Notes: generated from the sequence alone by a model not told the origin. DNA of 64,000 nt from Burkholderiales bacterium (GCA_947377275.1 CANCFV010000006.1:1772-65771), one strand, 5' to 3'; numbered from the stretch's first letter, positions 48,801-58,179 are shown. A program made the numbers and translations.

Positions 48801-50662
48801 TGGGCAGCATCAACATCAGCGCGGGCAACTCGAGCACATCGATCAGCACGCAAATCACCACGCCGGGCAATGTGCTCATGTCGGTGTCGGGGCAGAGCAC
48901 CACTTGCAACTTTGGCAACCCGTCTTGCACGTTCACCGTGGCCGAAACCGGGCTGGTGATGAGCCTGGACCAAGCCAACCATGTGGCCGAGACGACGCGC
49001 ACACTGACCATCCAGGCGGTGAAAAAATCTGACACGTCCACCTCGTGTGCACCAGCCTTTCAGGGCTCGCGCGATGTGACGTTCTCATGCGCCTACGACA
49101 ACCCGGTGCTGGGCACCAAGGCCGTGGCGTTGACCAACAGTGCGCCAGCCACCGTGAGCTTGAGCTGCGGCGCGACGTCTGCGCAGGGTTCAGGTCAGAA
49201 GCTGGCCTTGAGCTTTGACGCCACAGGCACCGCCACCGCCACCGTGCGTTACCCCGACGTGGGCAAGGTGACTTTGAGCGGCACGTACGCGGGCTCTGCG
49301 GGCAACAGTGACACGGGCTTGAGCATGGCGGGCACCACATCTTTCATTGCTGCGCCGGCATCGTTCTCGGCCAGTGCCACTGCCGGGCCGATCAAGGCAG
49401 GCGACGACTTCAGCGCCACCATCACCGCCAAGACTGCCTCGGGCAATGTGGCGTCCAACTTCGGGCAAGAATCCGCCGTGGTCGGGGGCGCGAGCTATGC
49501 CACCGCCCCAGAAACCGCAAAACTGGCTTGGGCGCGCTACAGCCCCACCGGCACGGGCAGCAGCGATGGCTTGTTCTCGGTGGGCACCATGGGCAGCTTC
49601 AGCGGTGGTATGGCCACATCCACAGGCATGAACTGGACGGAGGTGGGCACTGGCACGCTCACCGCCACGCTGACCAGCGGCAACTACCTGGGCACCGGGC
49701 TCACCGCCACGGGCAGCACAGCGCCAGGTGGGGTGGGCACATTTGTGCCGCACCATTACCAGGTGGACGTGAGCCAAGGCTGTGGCACGAACTTCACTTA
49801 CAGCGGACAGCCGTTTGGCGTTGTGGTGACGGCACTCAACAAAGCAGGCAACACCACCGTCAACCACGACGGCAGTGGCATGCTGTCGGCCAACCTGGCC
49901 ATTGATGTGGAGCTGTCAGCGGTCAGCAACGGCAGCACAGGCAGCCTGAGCAACAAGACGGTGGTGTTGTCCAAGTTCGTCTTTGGCAAGGCCACGGTGG
50001 CTGCAGCATCGGGCGGGCCGGTCTTCACCTTCAACACCAAGCCCTATCTGCCCACATTGGTCACCATCCGGGCGGCAGATGCCAGGGCAACCAGCTCCAG
50101 CGGCTACACCGAAGGGGCTGTTAGCCTGCGCAGTGGCCGCATCAAGGTGTCCAACAAATTTGGGGCATCCGGCACTTCATTGACCGTGCCGGTACAGACC
50201 CAGTACTGGGCAGGGGTCAGCAGCAATGCCGGCGCAGCCACCTGGGTGGTCAACGACAAAGACAGCTGCACCGTGTTGCCCACCACGGCGGTGGTGATGG
50301 GCGGCTACTACAGCAGCACCGGCGCCAGCACAGCGGCCTGGCCCGTCACGGCGTCGGCCTTCAACCTCAAGTCGCCAGGCAACTTTGAGCTGACGTTGAC
50401 CAAGTCCAATGCCAGTGCCACGGGCAGTGTCGACTTTGCCTTTGCGCTGGACAGCACCGCCACCGACCAGTCTTGTCTGAACCCAAGCCGCAGCAAAAGC
50501 GGCGCTACCACCGGTGCGGGCTTGCCTTGGTTGCGCGCGCAGTACGGCAGCACCTTTGGCTGCGCCGGCAGCGGCTATGACCGCGACCCTTCCGCGCGGG
50601 CCACATTCGGCGTCTTCTCGCCAGAGACCCAAAAGGCAGTCCATGTGCGCGACATCTTCTGA
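45821..50662 (+). CDS. mshQ: large MshQ-like adhesin: beta-solenoid repeats, LamG-like domain and DUF6701-like C-terminus
   Basis: Signal peptide; G/S/T-rich repeats; FTVTAWIK..WYFVA..FSGNIDELRVY; HVEIQH..GLTC; FTYSGQPF; PWL..DPSARATFGVF. Confidence 0.8.
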   Translation: MSIHRLSLVRCLRWCVLVLVCAWSQPAWSAAYTFAGTFNSTLPSGCSVIVAGAYTCGTLTLSSTDTVTFNVQPSTVTFSGTVTVNGAQINAAGSAANLTLAFSGGAGLTASSGAKVNGKVNVTGTGSVSNTIGSVTFGGAITTTSGGITLAAGSSAGGALTSNGGAILLSGTNAIAGNLSCSCTATVYAGANITGTLNATYLDSSNGASTFGGSVSTTTGYAIIGAGSTVNGSVTSSSGDVDIRVGATINGNISSGATAYVYSGVRITGTTSGVYVNNAAGSAIFGGSVSGTTSGVYLGSSSTVAGNVSSTSGTITLAGTNSVTGSISCSCTVLVYSGSSIGSTLSATLLDSSAGASSFGGNINTTSGYAIIGSGSTVYGNVTSTGGNVDIRPNATINGSVSSGAWVYAYNGVSITGTTSGVYVNNDLGTSTFGGAITSTTGWVSVGPSSTVAGSITSAGAFVVVYGSAIVNGNITNTGGNIDLRAAAKVYGSLTSSGTVYIYNGVTVTRDVKGVAIDNSSGTSTLGGNVSATTGLLVVGHDTTVAGALSSTTGNIYLYDRTSVTGGISCDCTLNAYSYVTVGGGVNVNAFDNSAGNYSTFNASVRSLSGNLVLGNYGVIAGDAIGSDNDIYLYGNSRVGKCSRTRGGVDHIFMNSGSRSGAVCCGTGGSCDTTCVSNSSGASMPPICATLPDPMAEYLFNQTSWNGTTGEVLDTSGNGWNATAASLSSTKPTTTTTSPAIAGSPGTCAYPALTRGNKDHVALPQAFPHLGEGGDFTVTAWIKSTDVSLPYQRIFADDEAGTTGGSVGFALSLGDPGSGKLRFYTRASSTANLDTTVAIASNTWYFVAFGVDATTKTKYIYIYNTSGGLVTSASAVYTLPCCATDLGGDSGVVSVGAETNSATSENTSTYGFSGNIDELRVYPTLLSTADLALVRAKTNTCSSTLDHVEIQHSTGQGLTCSPSTFTVRACANAACSSLYTGGVTGSFKAGATTVGSINISAGNSSTSISTQITTPGNVLMSVSGQSTTCNFGNPSCTFTVAETGLVMSLDQANHVAETTRTLTIQAVKKSDTSTSCAPAFQGSRDVTFSCAYDNPVLGTKAVALTNSAPATVSLSCGATSAQGSGQKLALSFDATGTATATVRYPDVGKVTLSGTYAGSAGNSDTGLSMAGTTSFIAAPASFSASATAGPIKAGDDFSATITAKTASGNVASNFGQESAVVGGASYATAPETAKLAWARYSPTGTGSSDGLFSVGTMGSFSGGMATSTGMNWTEVGTGTLTATLTSGNYLGTGLTATGSTAPGGVGTFVPHHYQVDVSQGCGTNFTYSGQPFGVVVTALNKAGNTTVNHDGSGMLSANLAIDVELSAVSNGSTGSLSNKTVVLSKFVFGKATVAAASGGPVFTFNTKPYLPTLVTIRAADARATSSSGYTEGAVSLRSGRIKVSNKFGASGTSLTVPVQTQYWAGVSSNAGAATWVVNDKDSCTVLPTTAVVMGGYYSSTGASTAAWPVTASAFNLKSPGNFELTLTKSNASATGSVDFAFALDSTATDQSCLNPSRSKSGATTGAGLPWLRAQYGSTFGCAGSGYDRDPSARATFGVFSPETQKAVHVRDIF
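46270..47160 (+). repeat. two 148-aa (444-nt) internal repeats in mshQ
   Basis: SCSCT motifs at about 46358 and 46802; shared GYAIIG and ITGTTSGVYVNN blocks. Confidence 0.8.
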
Positions 50663-51134
50663 GCGCAGGCGGCAAGCGGGCTTCACCATGATCGAGCTGG
50701 TCGTCGTCTTGGTGCTGCTGGGCATCTTGTCGACCTTTGTGGCGCCCAGACTGCTGGCGGCCATCAGCTTGCAAGACGATGCCTGGCGCGATGAGCTGCA
50801 AGGCGCCTTGCGCTTCGCTCAGAAAAGCGCGGTGGCACGCAGGCGCCTGACCTGCGTGGCGATCAGCAACACCACCGTCAGCATCACGACCGCCAGCGAC
50901 AACCCCGCCACCGCTTGCGCCGTGGCCATGACCGGCCCTGACGCCAAGAGCACCTATGCCACAGCGCCCAGCAGCCGCGCGATCACGACCGTATCGCCCG
51001 CAGGCGTCATCTATTTTCAGCCCGATGGCCGTGTGACCACAGACCTCGCCGGCAGCCATGCGGCCGACCGCACCATCAGCCTGACCGGCGTGGCCAACTT
51101 AGTGGTTTTGGGAGAGACCGGCCATGTCGAGTGA
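50643..51134 (+). CDS. mshC: MSHA minor pilin MshC
   Basis: [33 protein letters not shown]. Confidence 0.8.
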   Translation: MCATSSERRRQAGFTMIELVVVLVLLGILSTFVAPRLLAAISLQDDAWRDELQGALRFAQKSAVARRRLTCVAISNTTVSITTASDNPATACAVAMTGPDAKSTYATAPSSRAITTVSPAGVIYFQPDGRVTTDLAGSHAADRTISLTGVANLVVLGETGHVE

Positions 51135-51588
51135 GCGCTTGCGCCAACGTGGCTTCACCTTGATCGAGATGGTCATGGCCATCGTCATCATCGGGGTGGG
51201 CTTGGCCGGCGTGATGGTGGCCTTCAGCCAAAGCGTGCGCAACAGCGCCGACCCGGTCTTGCGTAAGCAGTTGATGGCCGTGGCGGAAGAGCTGCTCGAA
51301 GAGGTGGAGCTCAAGCCGTTCGCGGTCGCGGCCAACACGACCGCGGGCTGCGCTCGAAGCACCTTCAACGACATCTTTGACTATGACAACTACGCCACAT
51401 CGGGCCAGGTTTGCAATATCGATGGCGCTGCCATCTCGGCCCTCAATGGCATGAGCGTGCGCATGAGGGTGGTGGGCACGGCTTTGGGTGGCATTGGGGC
51501 GGCCGATGCGGCGCAGATCACGGTCACCGTCTCGCGTGGCACCGACAGCATCACCCTCACCGGCTGGCGAACGAACTACGCAAAATGA
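51124..51588 (+). CDS. mshD: MSHA minor pilin MshD
   Basis: [37 protein letters not shown]. Confidence 0.83.
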   Translation: MSSERLRQRGFTLIEMVMAIVIIGVGLAGVMVAFSQSVRNSADPVLRKQLMAVAEELLEEVELKPFAVAANTTAGCARSTFNDIFDYDNYATSGQVCNIDGAAISALNGMSVRMRVVGTALGGIGAADAAQITVTVSRGTDSITLTGWRTNYAK

Positions 51589-52517
51589 GTCGCCTCACAC
51601 CTTCTTTGATCCTCACATCACGCGCTGCGCCTCAGCGGGGCTTCACCATGGTTGAGCTGATCATGGTGATCGTCATCATGGGCGTGATTGGCGCGGCCAT
51701 GATGGCCTTCTTGCGTCCCGCCTTGAACGCCTACTTTGATGGGCGCCTGCGTGCCGACCAAGCCGACCAAGCAGATACCGCCTTGCGACGCATGCTGCGC
51801 GATGTGCGCCGTGCGGTGCCCAACTCCTTGCGCGTGCCTGCGGCGCAGTGCTTTGAGCTGGTGCCCACCACGTCAGGGGGGCGCTACCGCATGGCCCCCG
51901 ATGTGAAGAACGACTCGCCGGTGGGCTGTGCCTCGGGCAGTTCCAACAACTGCTCGGCCTGGATCGACCCCAGCAACGCATCAGGCGGCTCGTCGGTGTT
52001 TGATGCGCTCACGCCTTTGTCGAGTACTCCGGTCGCGGGTGATTGGGTGGTGATCAACAACCAAAATGGCAACGACGTGTACGACGGCGTCAACCGATCG
52101 GCCATCTCGGTGGTGGCCAATGCGCCCCAAACCACCCAGGGCGTGCATCGGATCAACATGTCGGCCCTGCAGGTCTCACCGGGCTACGACGGGGGACGAT
52201 TCCAGGTGGTCTCCAAAGACGAGCAGTCGGTGTTCTACATCTGCAGCGGCGCAGACGGCTCGGTCGATGCCCGCGGCAATGGCAAAGGCACGCTGTACCG
52301 GCTCAAACGCAACTTCACGGCCACCTACCCATCGAGCTGCCCTTCGACGGCCGGCGCGACGGTGCTGGCCACCCGCGTCAAGTCATGCGCTTTTGTGTAC
52401 GACCCGAACCAAGGCGCCACGCAGCAAAGCGGCTTTTTGTGGATGGACCTGGAGCTGGCGTCCAACAACGAGTCATCGCACCTGGCGGTGGGTGCTCACG
52501 TGCTGAACGTGCCATGA
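51585..52517 (+). CDS. mshO: MSHA minor pilin MshO
   Basis: [31 protein letters not shown], ends HVLNVP. Confidence 0.85.
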   Translation: MSRLTPSLILTSRAAPQRGFTMVELIMVIVIMGVIGAAMMAFLRPALNAYFDGRLRADQADQADTALRRMLRDVRRAVPNSLRVPAAQCFELVPTTSGGRYRMAPDVKNDSPVGCASGSSNNCSAWIDPSNASGGSSVFDALTPLSSTPVAGDWVVINNQNGNDVYDGVNRSAISVVANAPQTTQGVHRINMSALQVSPGYDGGRFQVVSKDEQSVFYICSGADGSVDARGNGKGTLYRLKRNFTATYPSSCPSTAGATVLATRVKSCAFVYDPNQGATQQSGFLWMDLELASNNESSHLAVGAHVLNVP

Positions 52518-53017
52518 ACAAAGCCACGCAAGCCATTCGCCGCCATCGCACCCTGCGTCCTGCTCGGGGCTTTGGAGCGGTGGCCGCCATCATCATCTTG
52601 GTGCTGCTGGCCTCCTTGGCCGCCGCCATCGTGCGCTTGAGCTGGACGCAGCAAATCAACGCGGCGTCTGACCTGGCCGGCGCCAATGCCTTGCAAGCGG
52701 CAGGGGCTGGTGTGGAGTGGGGCATGTACCAAGCCCTGGTGACGGGCGGCAGTTTCAATGGCTGCAGCAACGGCACTCAGACCCTGGACTTGCGCAGCAC
52801 CATGGGCGTGTGGGTCACGGTGACGTGCAACAGCACGTCTTATGTCGAAGGGGCTGCGGCCAATGGCTCGGATCGCCTGTTGCGCACCTATGTGATCGAC
52901 GCATGGGCCTGCAATGGCACGGCCACGTGTCCTGACGACACCAAGTCCAGCGGCGCGCTGTACGTCGAGCGCCGCCGTCAGGCCATCGTCACCGACAAGC
53001 TCACCACCGATCAGTGA
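52514..53017 (+). CDS. mshP: MSHA minor pilin MshP
   Basis: G/FGAVAAIIILV (no Glu5), ALQAAGAGVEWG, YVERR. Confidence 0.8.
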   Translation: MNKATQAIRRHRTLRPARGFGAVAAIIILVLLASLAAAIVRLSWTQQINAASDLAGANALQAAGAGVEWGMYQALVTGGSFNGCSNGTQTLDLRSTMGVWVTVTCNSTSYVEGAAANGSDRLLRTYVIDAWACNGTATCPDDTKSSGALYVERRRQAIVTDKLTTDQ

Positions 53018-54597
53018 GCCAGGCCCGGCGTGACGCCTGCTGGCGGCAGCACCGCCCAGGCCACGGCCACTGTGTAGGGCTTGCCCATCCAGCTCGTTTG
53101 CACCTTGAGCACAGGCTGAGCCTTCAGCTTGGGGAAGCGTGCCAACAAAGGCGCCACTTGCTCGCGGCTGTCGGCCGGCAGGTCCGCCACGCTCACCTCG
53201 CCACGACCCATGAGCCACACGAACAGCGCGCCGTCACGGTCGACCTGGGCGGGCGTGAGCCACAGCGACTCGCTGAAGTCGGCGTCGTAAAACACCGATG
53301 GCCGCTCTGGGCTGGCGTGCGCGATGCTGCCGGCCAGGAACTCTTCGCCCGCCACGATGCGCAGAGGCTGACCCGTTTGCGCATGCCACTGCGTGCTCAA
53401 GGCTTGCATCACCTCGCGTCCGGGGTAGCTCGTGCGGTCCAGCTTGTGCTTGAACTGGGGCGCCCACATGCCGATGCCGGCATACAAGCCTGCAAACAGC
53501 ATCACACAGGCCGCGCAGCCCATCGCGAACCGGCGAAGCTCGCCGACTTGTGGGGTGCGCCAGGCCAGGTACAGCGGTGTGATGCACAAAAAGAAGGGCG
53601 AGGCCCACATGTGCACCAGCTTGGCTTGCGCCACCGTGGCCGCGCTCATGATCAGCAACAAGGGGCCGGCGGCCAGCGTGAACAACAGCCAGCGTTGCGC
53701 ATGGCTGCGTGTGCTGCGCTGTGCGGGCCCCAGGCTGCGCAACAGCAGCCAAGCTGGCAGCAAGGTGAGCACCTGGGTGAACACAAAGCTGGCGAACTCG
53801 CCGGCCCATTGGCCGCTTTGGGCCAGCTCCTCGCTGTGTCCACGGCCTACAGCGTAGTGCAGCGTGGGCCAATCGAGCGCCATCGCCCACCGCACATGCG
53901 GTGACACCACCGCCGCAAACACGGCGATGGCCAGCCACGGGCCGGCCGTGCGCCAGTGGCGTCGTGCGGCCGGCAGAATCAAGGCATACACAAACAGGCT
54001 GGCAGGCAAAAGCATGAAGGCGTATTTGCCCAGGGTACCCAGCCCGCTGCACAGCCCCAAGCCCAGCCACCACGCCAGGCCACCGCGCTGCAAGGCGTGC
54101 CAGCCGCACAGCGAGCCCCAAGCCCACAGAGGGAACAGCACCACGTTGGCGTTGAATTCCACCCCGGAGTAGCTCACGTAGTGGATGCCGCTCATGGCCA
54201 TCAAGCCCAGCGTGGCCAGGCGGCTGCCCAGCAGCTCTCGCCCCAACAGCCAGTTGGCCCACAGCGCGCTGCTGACCATCAGCTGCGACAGCAGGTAGAG
54301 GCTGCCATCGTGCGGACCGAAGCGCATCAGGTCAGCCGCCCAGCCCGACAGGGGCGGGTGCTTGTAATAACCCCATTGCCATTCGCGCCCCCAGGCCAGC
54401 GCCTCGACCACGTCCAGCGGCAGGTTGTGGTTGAGCAGCGCGGGCATGAGCGTCCACAGCAAGCCATGGACGAGGAGCAAGACCGTGGCCAACTGGCCAT
54501 TGCTCAAGGGGCCCCACAAGGGGCGGTCGCGTTCAGACAGGGGCACGGAAGGCAAAGGGCAAGGTGAGGGATGGCGCGATTGTAGGCAGTGACTCAC
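53011..54597 (-). CDS. GT-C fold glycosyltransferase (ArnT/PMT_2, family 39/83-like)
   Basis: DVVEALAWGREWQWGYYKHPPL, LGKY, PHVRW, multiple TM helices; the true start may lie slightly downstream. Confidence 0.83.
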   Translation of the reverse strand: MSHCLQSRHPSPCPLPSVPLSERDRPLWGPLSNGQLATVLLLVHGLLWTLMPALLNHNLPLDVVEALAWGREWQWGYYKHPPLSGWAADLMRFGPHDGSLYLLSQLMVSSALWANWLLGRELLGSRLATLGLMAMSGIHYVSYSGVEFNANVVLFPLWAWGSLCGWHALQRGGLAWWLGLGLCSGLGTLGKYAFMLLPASLFVYALILPAARRHWRTAGPWLAIAVFAAVVSPHVRWAMALDWPTLHYAVGRGHSEELAQSGQWAGEFASFVFTQVLTLLPAWLLLRSLGPAQRSTRSHAQRWLLFTLAAGPLLLIMSAATVAQAKLVHMWASPFFLCITPLYLAWRTPQVGELRRFAMGCAACVMLFAGLYAGIGMWAPQFKHKLDRTSYPGREVMQALSTQWHAQTGQPLRIVAGEEFLAGSIAHASPERPSVFYDADFSESLWLTPAQVDRDGALFVWLMGRGEVSVADLPADSREQVAPLLARFPKLKAQPVLKVQTSWMGKPYTVAVAWAVLPPAGVTPGLAH

Positions 54598-54639
54598 CTC
54601 GCCGCTGTTTCCCCGAGCCTGGGCCCCAGGCCTGCGCGA

Positions 54640-57099
54640 TCACACCATGGCCATGTCGGCCAGGGACATCTGTGTGGGCTGCGGTTCTGTTTGATGCGAC
54701 TGGCTGTGCGCCAGCAGCAGGGCGCCAAACGCTGCCTCGGGCAGGGGGCGTCCCAAGTGGTAGCCCTGGGCCTCGTCGCAGCCGTGGTCACGCAGGAAGT
54801 CGGCTTGCGCCGCGCACTCCACGCCTTCGGCCACGATGCCCACCTCTAGGCGATGCCCCATGGCGATCAAGGCCGCCACCAATCGACTGTCGCCGCTGGA
54901 GGCTGGCACGGCGCTCAGGAAGCTGCGGTCGAGCTTGAAACGGTCCACCGGCAGCTCGCGCAGGTAGGCGAAGCTGGAGTAGCCCACGCCGAAGTCGTCG
55001 ATGGCGATGCCCACGCCCAGGGCGCGCAGTTGCTGCAACACGTCGGCCGCACGCAGCGACTCACGCACGATCACGCTCTCGGTGATCTCCAGCTCCAGGG
55101 CGGTGGCCGGCAGGCCGCTTTCGCGCAGTGCACGGGCCACCGTGTCCACGATGTCGGGGCGCTCCAGTTGCACCGCCGACAAATTGACGGCCATGCGCAG
55201 CGGCCAGCCTGTGCTGATGCGCCAGCCTTGCGCCATGGTGCAGGCGCGGTGCAGCACCCATTGGCCCATGGGCACGATCAGGCCGGTCTCTTCGGCCATG
55301 GGGATGAAGTCCACGGGAGGCACCAGCTTGCCGCCATGCTCCCACCTCAGCAGGGCTTCTGCGCCGGTGATGCGTCCGCTGGCACAGTCGAACTGGGGCT
55401 GAAAGTGCAGGCGAAGCTCGTCGCGCTCCAGGGCCTTGTAGAGGTCGTTTTCCAGCACCAGCGTGTCGGCCGTGGGTGCTTGCATCTTGTCGTTGTAGAC
55501 CTGCACGCGGTTGCGGCCTTCGCTCTTGGCTTGGTACATGGCCAGGTCGGCATGGCGCATCAAAGTGATGGCGTCGAGGCCGTGCTCGGGGTAGAGGGCC
55601 AAGCCGATGCTGGGCGTCACGCGCAGCTCGTGAGGGCCGATGCGCAGTGGCTCTGCAAAGGCCTCCAGCAACTTGGCCGCCACGCGCTCGCCGTCGCCGT
55701 GCTCGGCAATGCGGGGCAGCAGCACCACGAACTCGTCGCCCCCCAAGCGCGCCACGATGTCAGACGTGCGCATGGCCGCACGCAGTCGGCGTGCCACTTC
55801 GATCAACACGTTGTCGCCAATGTGGTGCCCCAGGCTGTCGTTGATCTTCTTGAATCGGTCCAGGTCCAAGAACATCATGGCCATGGCTTGCCCATCGCGC
55901 TCGGCCAGCGCCAGGCAGGCCTTGAGCTGCTCTTGCAGCATGTTGCGGTTGGGCAAGGCGGTGAGCGAATCGTGCAGCGCCATGTGCTGCAGCTGGTTCT
56001 CGGCATCGCGCCGCGACGTCACGTTGTGCGCCATGGCCACGTAGCCGGTCAGCTCGCCGTGGTCGTTGGTCAACTCAGTCACCGACATTTCGGCGACCAT
56101 GGCGTTGCCGTCGGCGCGAATCAGGTTCCACTCGGTGGGCAGGCCGGGCGACTCTTGCGCCAGTTGTGCCAGCACATTGAGCGTTTGCTCAGGCTGGTTG
56201 GTGCGCAGGGCCAGCAGCCGTGCGCGTTCGGTGACCTGGTCCGGGTCAAAGTAGCGCTGCATGTTGCTGCGCCCGACCAGCTGGTGTGCCTTGTGGCCCA
56301 GCAGCTGCTCACCCGCTGGGTTGATGGTTTCGATGACGCCGGCTTTGTTCAGCACCAAGATGGCGTAGGGCGCGTTGTGCACGATGACGCGGCGCATCTC
56401 GTCCACCTCGCCCAACTGCCGTTGGGCCTGCACGATGGCGCGCTCGGTGACTTCTTGGGCGCTGAGGTCGCGCAGCACTGCGATGTACTGCTTCTGCTCG
56501 TCGATCACCATCTCGCTGACCGACATCTCCAGCGCAAATGGCCGGCCATTGGCTCGCAGGCCTTCGGTGCGGCGCCCCATGCCTTCCAGGCCCACGCACT
56601 GCACCTGCAAAAACGCATCCACGCGCTGTCCCACCTGGCCTTGTCCAGCCAGGGGAATGATTTTGTTGAGGTGCGCGCCCACCAGTTCGGCGCAGGTGTG
56701 GCCGAACATGTGGCACACCGCTTGGTTGACGCTGATCAGCCGGCCCGCAGGCGAGATGGTGATGATGCCGTCGGCGGTGTGGTCGAGCAGGGCGCGCAGG
56801 CGCTCTTCGCTGTGGCGTGCCTGGTGGCTCATGCGTTGCGCCAAGTCGCGGCTGTGCGCTTGCCAATAGGCGCCACCCAGCATGGCCCACCACAAGCCCA
56901 AGGAGCTGACCACCCCGGTGCCCAGCAGCGCCAAAGCAAACGGGTGCCAGGGTGAGGGCTCTGTGCCTTGAGGCGTCTGGGCCGTGCTCGCCCACCACCA
57001 GCACAACACGCTGGTCAGCAGTCCGACGGCCAGTGCCATCCATGCGGCTGTGTTCAGCCAGGCAGACGCATGATGGGTCTTTCGAAAATCGATCGGCAT
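54640..57099 (-). CDS. membrane-anchored PAS-PAS-GGDEF-EAL protein
   Basis: Two TM helices, two PAS domains, RTSD-x5-GGDEF, EALLRW, DDFGVGYSS, EGVE, QGY; start 57099 or 57123. Confidence 0.92.
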   Translation of the reverse strand: MPIDFRKTHHASAWLNTAAWMALAVGLLTSVLCWWWASTAQTPQGTEPSPWHPFALALLGTGVVSSLGLWWAMLGGAYWQAHSRDLAQRMSHQARHSEERLRALLDHTADGIITISPAGRLISVNQAVCHMFGHTCAELVGAHLNKIIPLAGQGQVGQRVDAFLQVQCVGLEGMGRRTEGLRANGRPFALEMSVSEMVIDEQKQYIAVLRDLSAQEVTERAIVQAQRQLGEVDEMRRVIVHNAPYAILVLNKAGVIETINPAGEQLLGHKAHQLVGRSNMQRYFDPDQVTERARLLALRTNQPEQTLNVLAQLAQESPGLPTEWNLIRADGNAMVAEMSVTELTNDHGELTGYVAMAHNVTSRRDAENQLQHMALHDSLTALPNRNMLQEQLKACLALAERDGQAMAMMFLDLDRFKKINDSLGHHIGDNVLIEVARRLRAAMRTSDIVARLGGDEFVVLLPRIAEHGDGERVAAKLLEAFAEPLRIGPHELRVTPSIGLALYPEHGLDAITLMRHADLAMYQAKSEGRNRVQVYNDKMQAPTADTLVLENDLYKALERDELRLHFQPQFDCASGRITGAEALLRWEHGGKLVPPVDFIPMAEETGLIVPMGQWVLHRACTMAQGWRISTGWPLRMAVNLSAVQLERPDIVDTVARALRESGLPATALELEITESVIVRESLRAADVLQQLRALGVGIAIDDFGVGYSSFAYLRELPVDRFKLDRSFLSAVPASSGDSRLVAALIAMGHRLEVGIVAEGVECAAQADFLRDHGCDEAQGYHLGRPLPEAAFGALLLAHSQSHQTEPQPTQMSLADMAMV

Positions 57100-57153
57100 C
57101 CAGGGTCCTTGATCCACCGCCACGCACCTGACTGGGGCGTGCGTGCAAGGGTG

Positions 57154-57181
57154 GTATCGGCAGCGGATGCCGTTTGCTTAA
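57154..57181 (-). promoter_or_regulatory. possible sigma-28-type promoter of the GGDEF-EAL gene
   Basis: Minus strand reads TTAAG-N15-GCCGATAC; spacing is one base longer than at the other two sites. Confidence 0.55.
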
Positions 57182-57245
57182 CGGCCAGGGGCGGTGTTTC
57201 GCCTCACAACAGCCCCTGATGGCGACTGTGACCGGCCTGCCCGGT

Positions 57246-58094
57246 TCAGCGCTCGCGTGCCATTGCCATCAAGCGTGCCACGCGCTCTTCGGTGGCCGGG
57301 TGGGTGGAGAACAGGCTGCGCAAGCCCCCGCCGGAGAGCGGGTTCATGATCATCATCTGGGCCGTTTCAGGGTGCGCCTCGGCCGCGTTCAGGGGGATGC
57401 CCTGGGCGTAACGGTGGATTTTGTCGAGCGCGCTGGCCAGGGCTTGCGGGTCGCCACTGATCTCGGCACCGCCCCGGTCGGCCTCGAACTCGCGGGCGCG
57501 GCTGATGGCCATCTGGATCAGACTGGCTGCCAAGGGCGCCAGGATGGCAACCGCGATGCCGGCGATCGGGTTGGCCGGACGGCCGTGTTCATCTCGTCCA
57601 CCGAAAAACGCAGCGAAGTTGGCCAGCATCGAGATGGCGCCGGCCATGGTGGCGCTTACGGTGCTGATCAAGATGTCGCGGTGTTTGACGTGGGCCAGCT
57701 CGTGCGCCATCACGCCGCGCAGTTCCCGGTCGCTCAGCACATTGATGATGCCGGTGGTGGCGGCCACCGCCGCGTGCTCGGGGTCGCGGCCTGTGGCGAA
57801 GGCGTTGGGGGCGGCCTCGTCGATCAGGTAAACCTTGGGCATGGGCAACTCGGCACGCTGGGCCAGCTCACGCACCATGGCGTAAAAACGCGGCGCCGAG
57901 GTCTCGTCGACCTCGCGGGCGTTGTACATCTTGAGCACCAACTGGTCCGAAAACCAGTAGCTGTAGAAGTTCATGCCCACGGCCACCAGCAGGGCCAGCA
58001 GCATGCCCGTGCGGCCACCGATCATGGCGCCAATGGCCATGAAGAGCGCGGTGATGGCCGCCATCAGGACGGCGGTTTTCATCAAATTGAACAT
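57246..58094 (-). CDS. htpX: zinc metalloprotease HtpX
   Basis: [29 protein letters not shown]. Confidence 0.95.
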   Translation of the reverse strand: MFNLMKTAVLMAAITALFMAIGAMIGGRTGMLLALLVAVGMNFYSYWFSDQLVLKMYNAREVDETSAPRFYAMVRELAQRAELPMPKVYLIDEAAPNAFATGRDPEHAAVAATTGIINVLSDRELRGVMAHELAHVKHRDILISTVSATMAGAISMLANFAAFFGGRDEHGRPANPIAGIAVAILAPLAASLIQMAISRAREFEADRGGAEISGDPQALASALDKIHRYAQGIPLNAAEAHPETAQMMIMNPLSGGGLRSLFSTHPATEERVARLMAMARER

Positions 58095-58150
58095 CTGGAG
58101 GCAATCCTTTTCACGTGGCGGGTGGCATGCACCCAAGGCGTCAGTGCAAC

Positions 58151-58179
58151 AAATGGGCGCAACCCCTGGCCCTTTCAAG
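58151..58179 (-). promoter_or_regulatory. sigma-32 (RpoH)-type promoter of htpX
   Basis: Minus strand reads CTTGAAA-N14-GCCCATTT; htpX is a known heat-shock gene. Confidence 0.75.
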
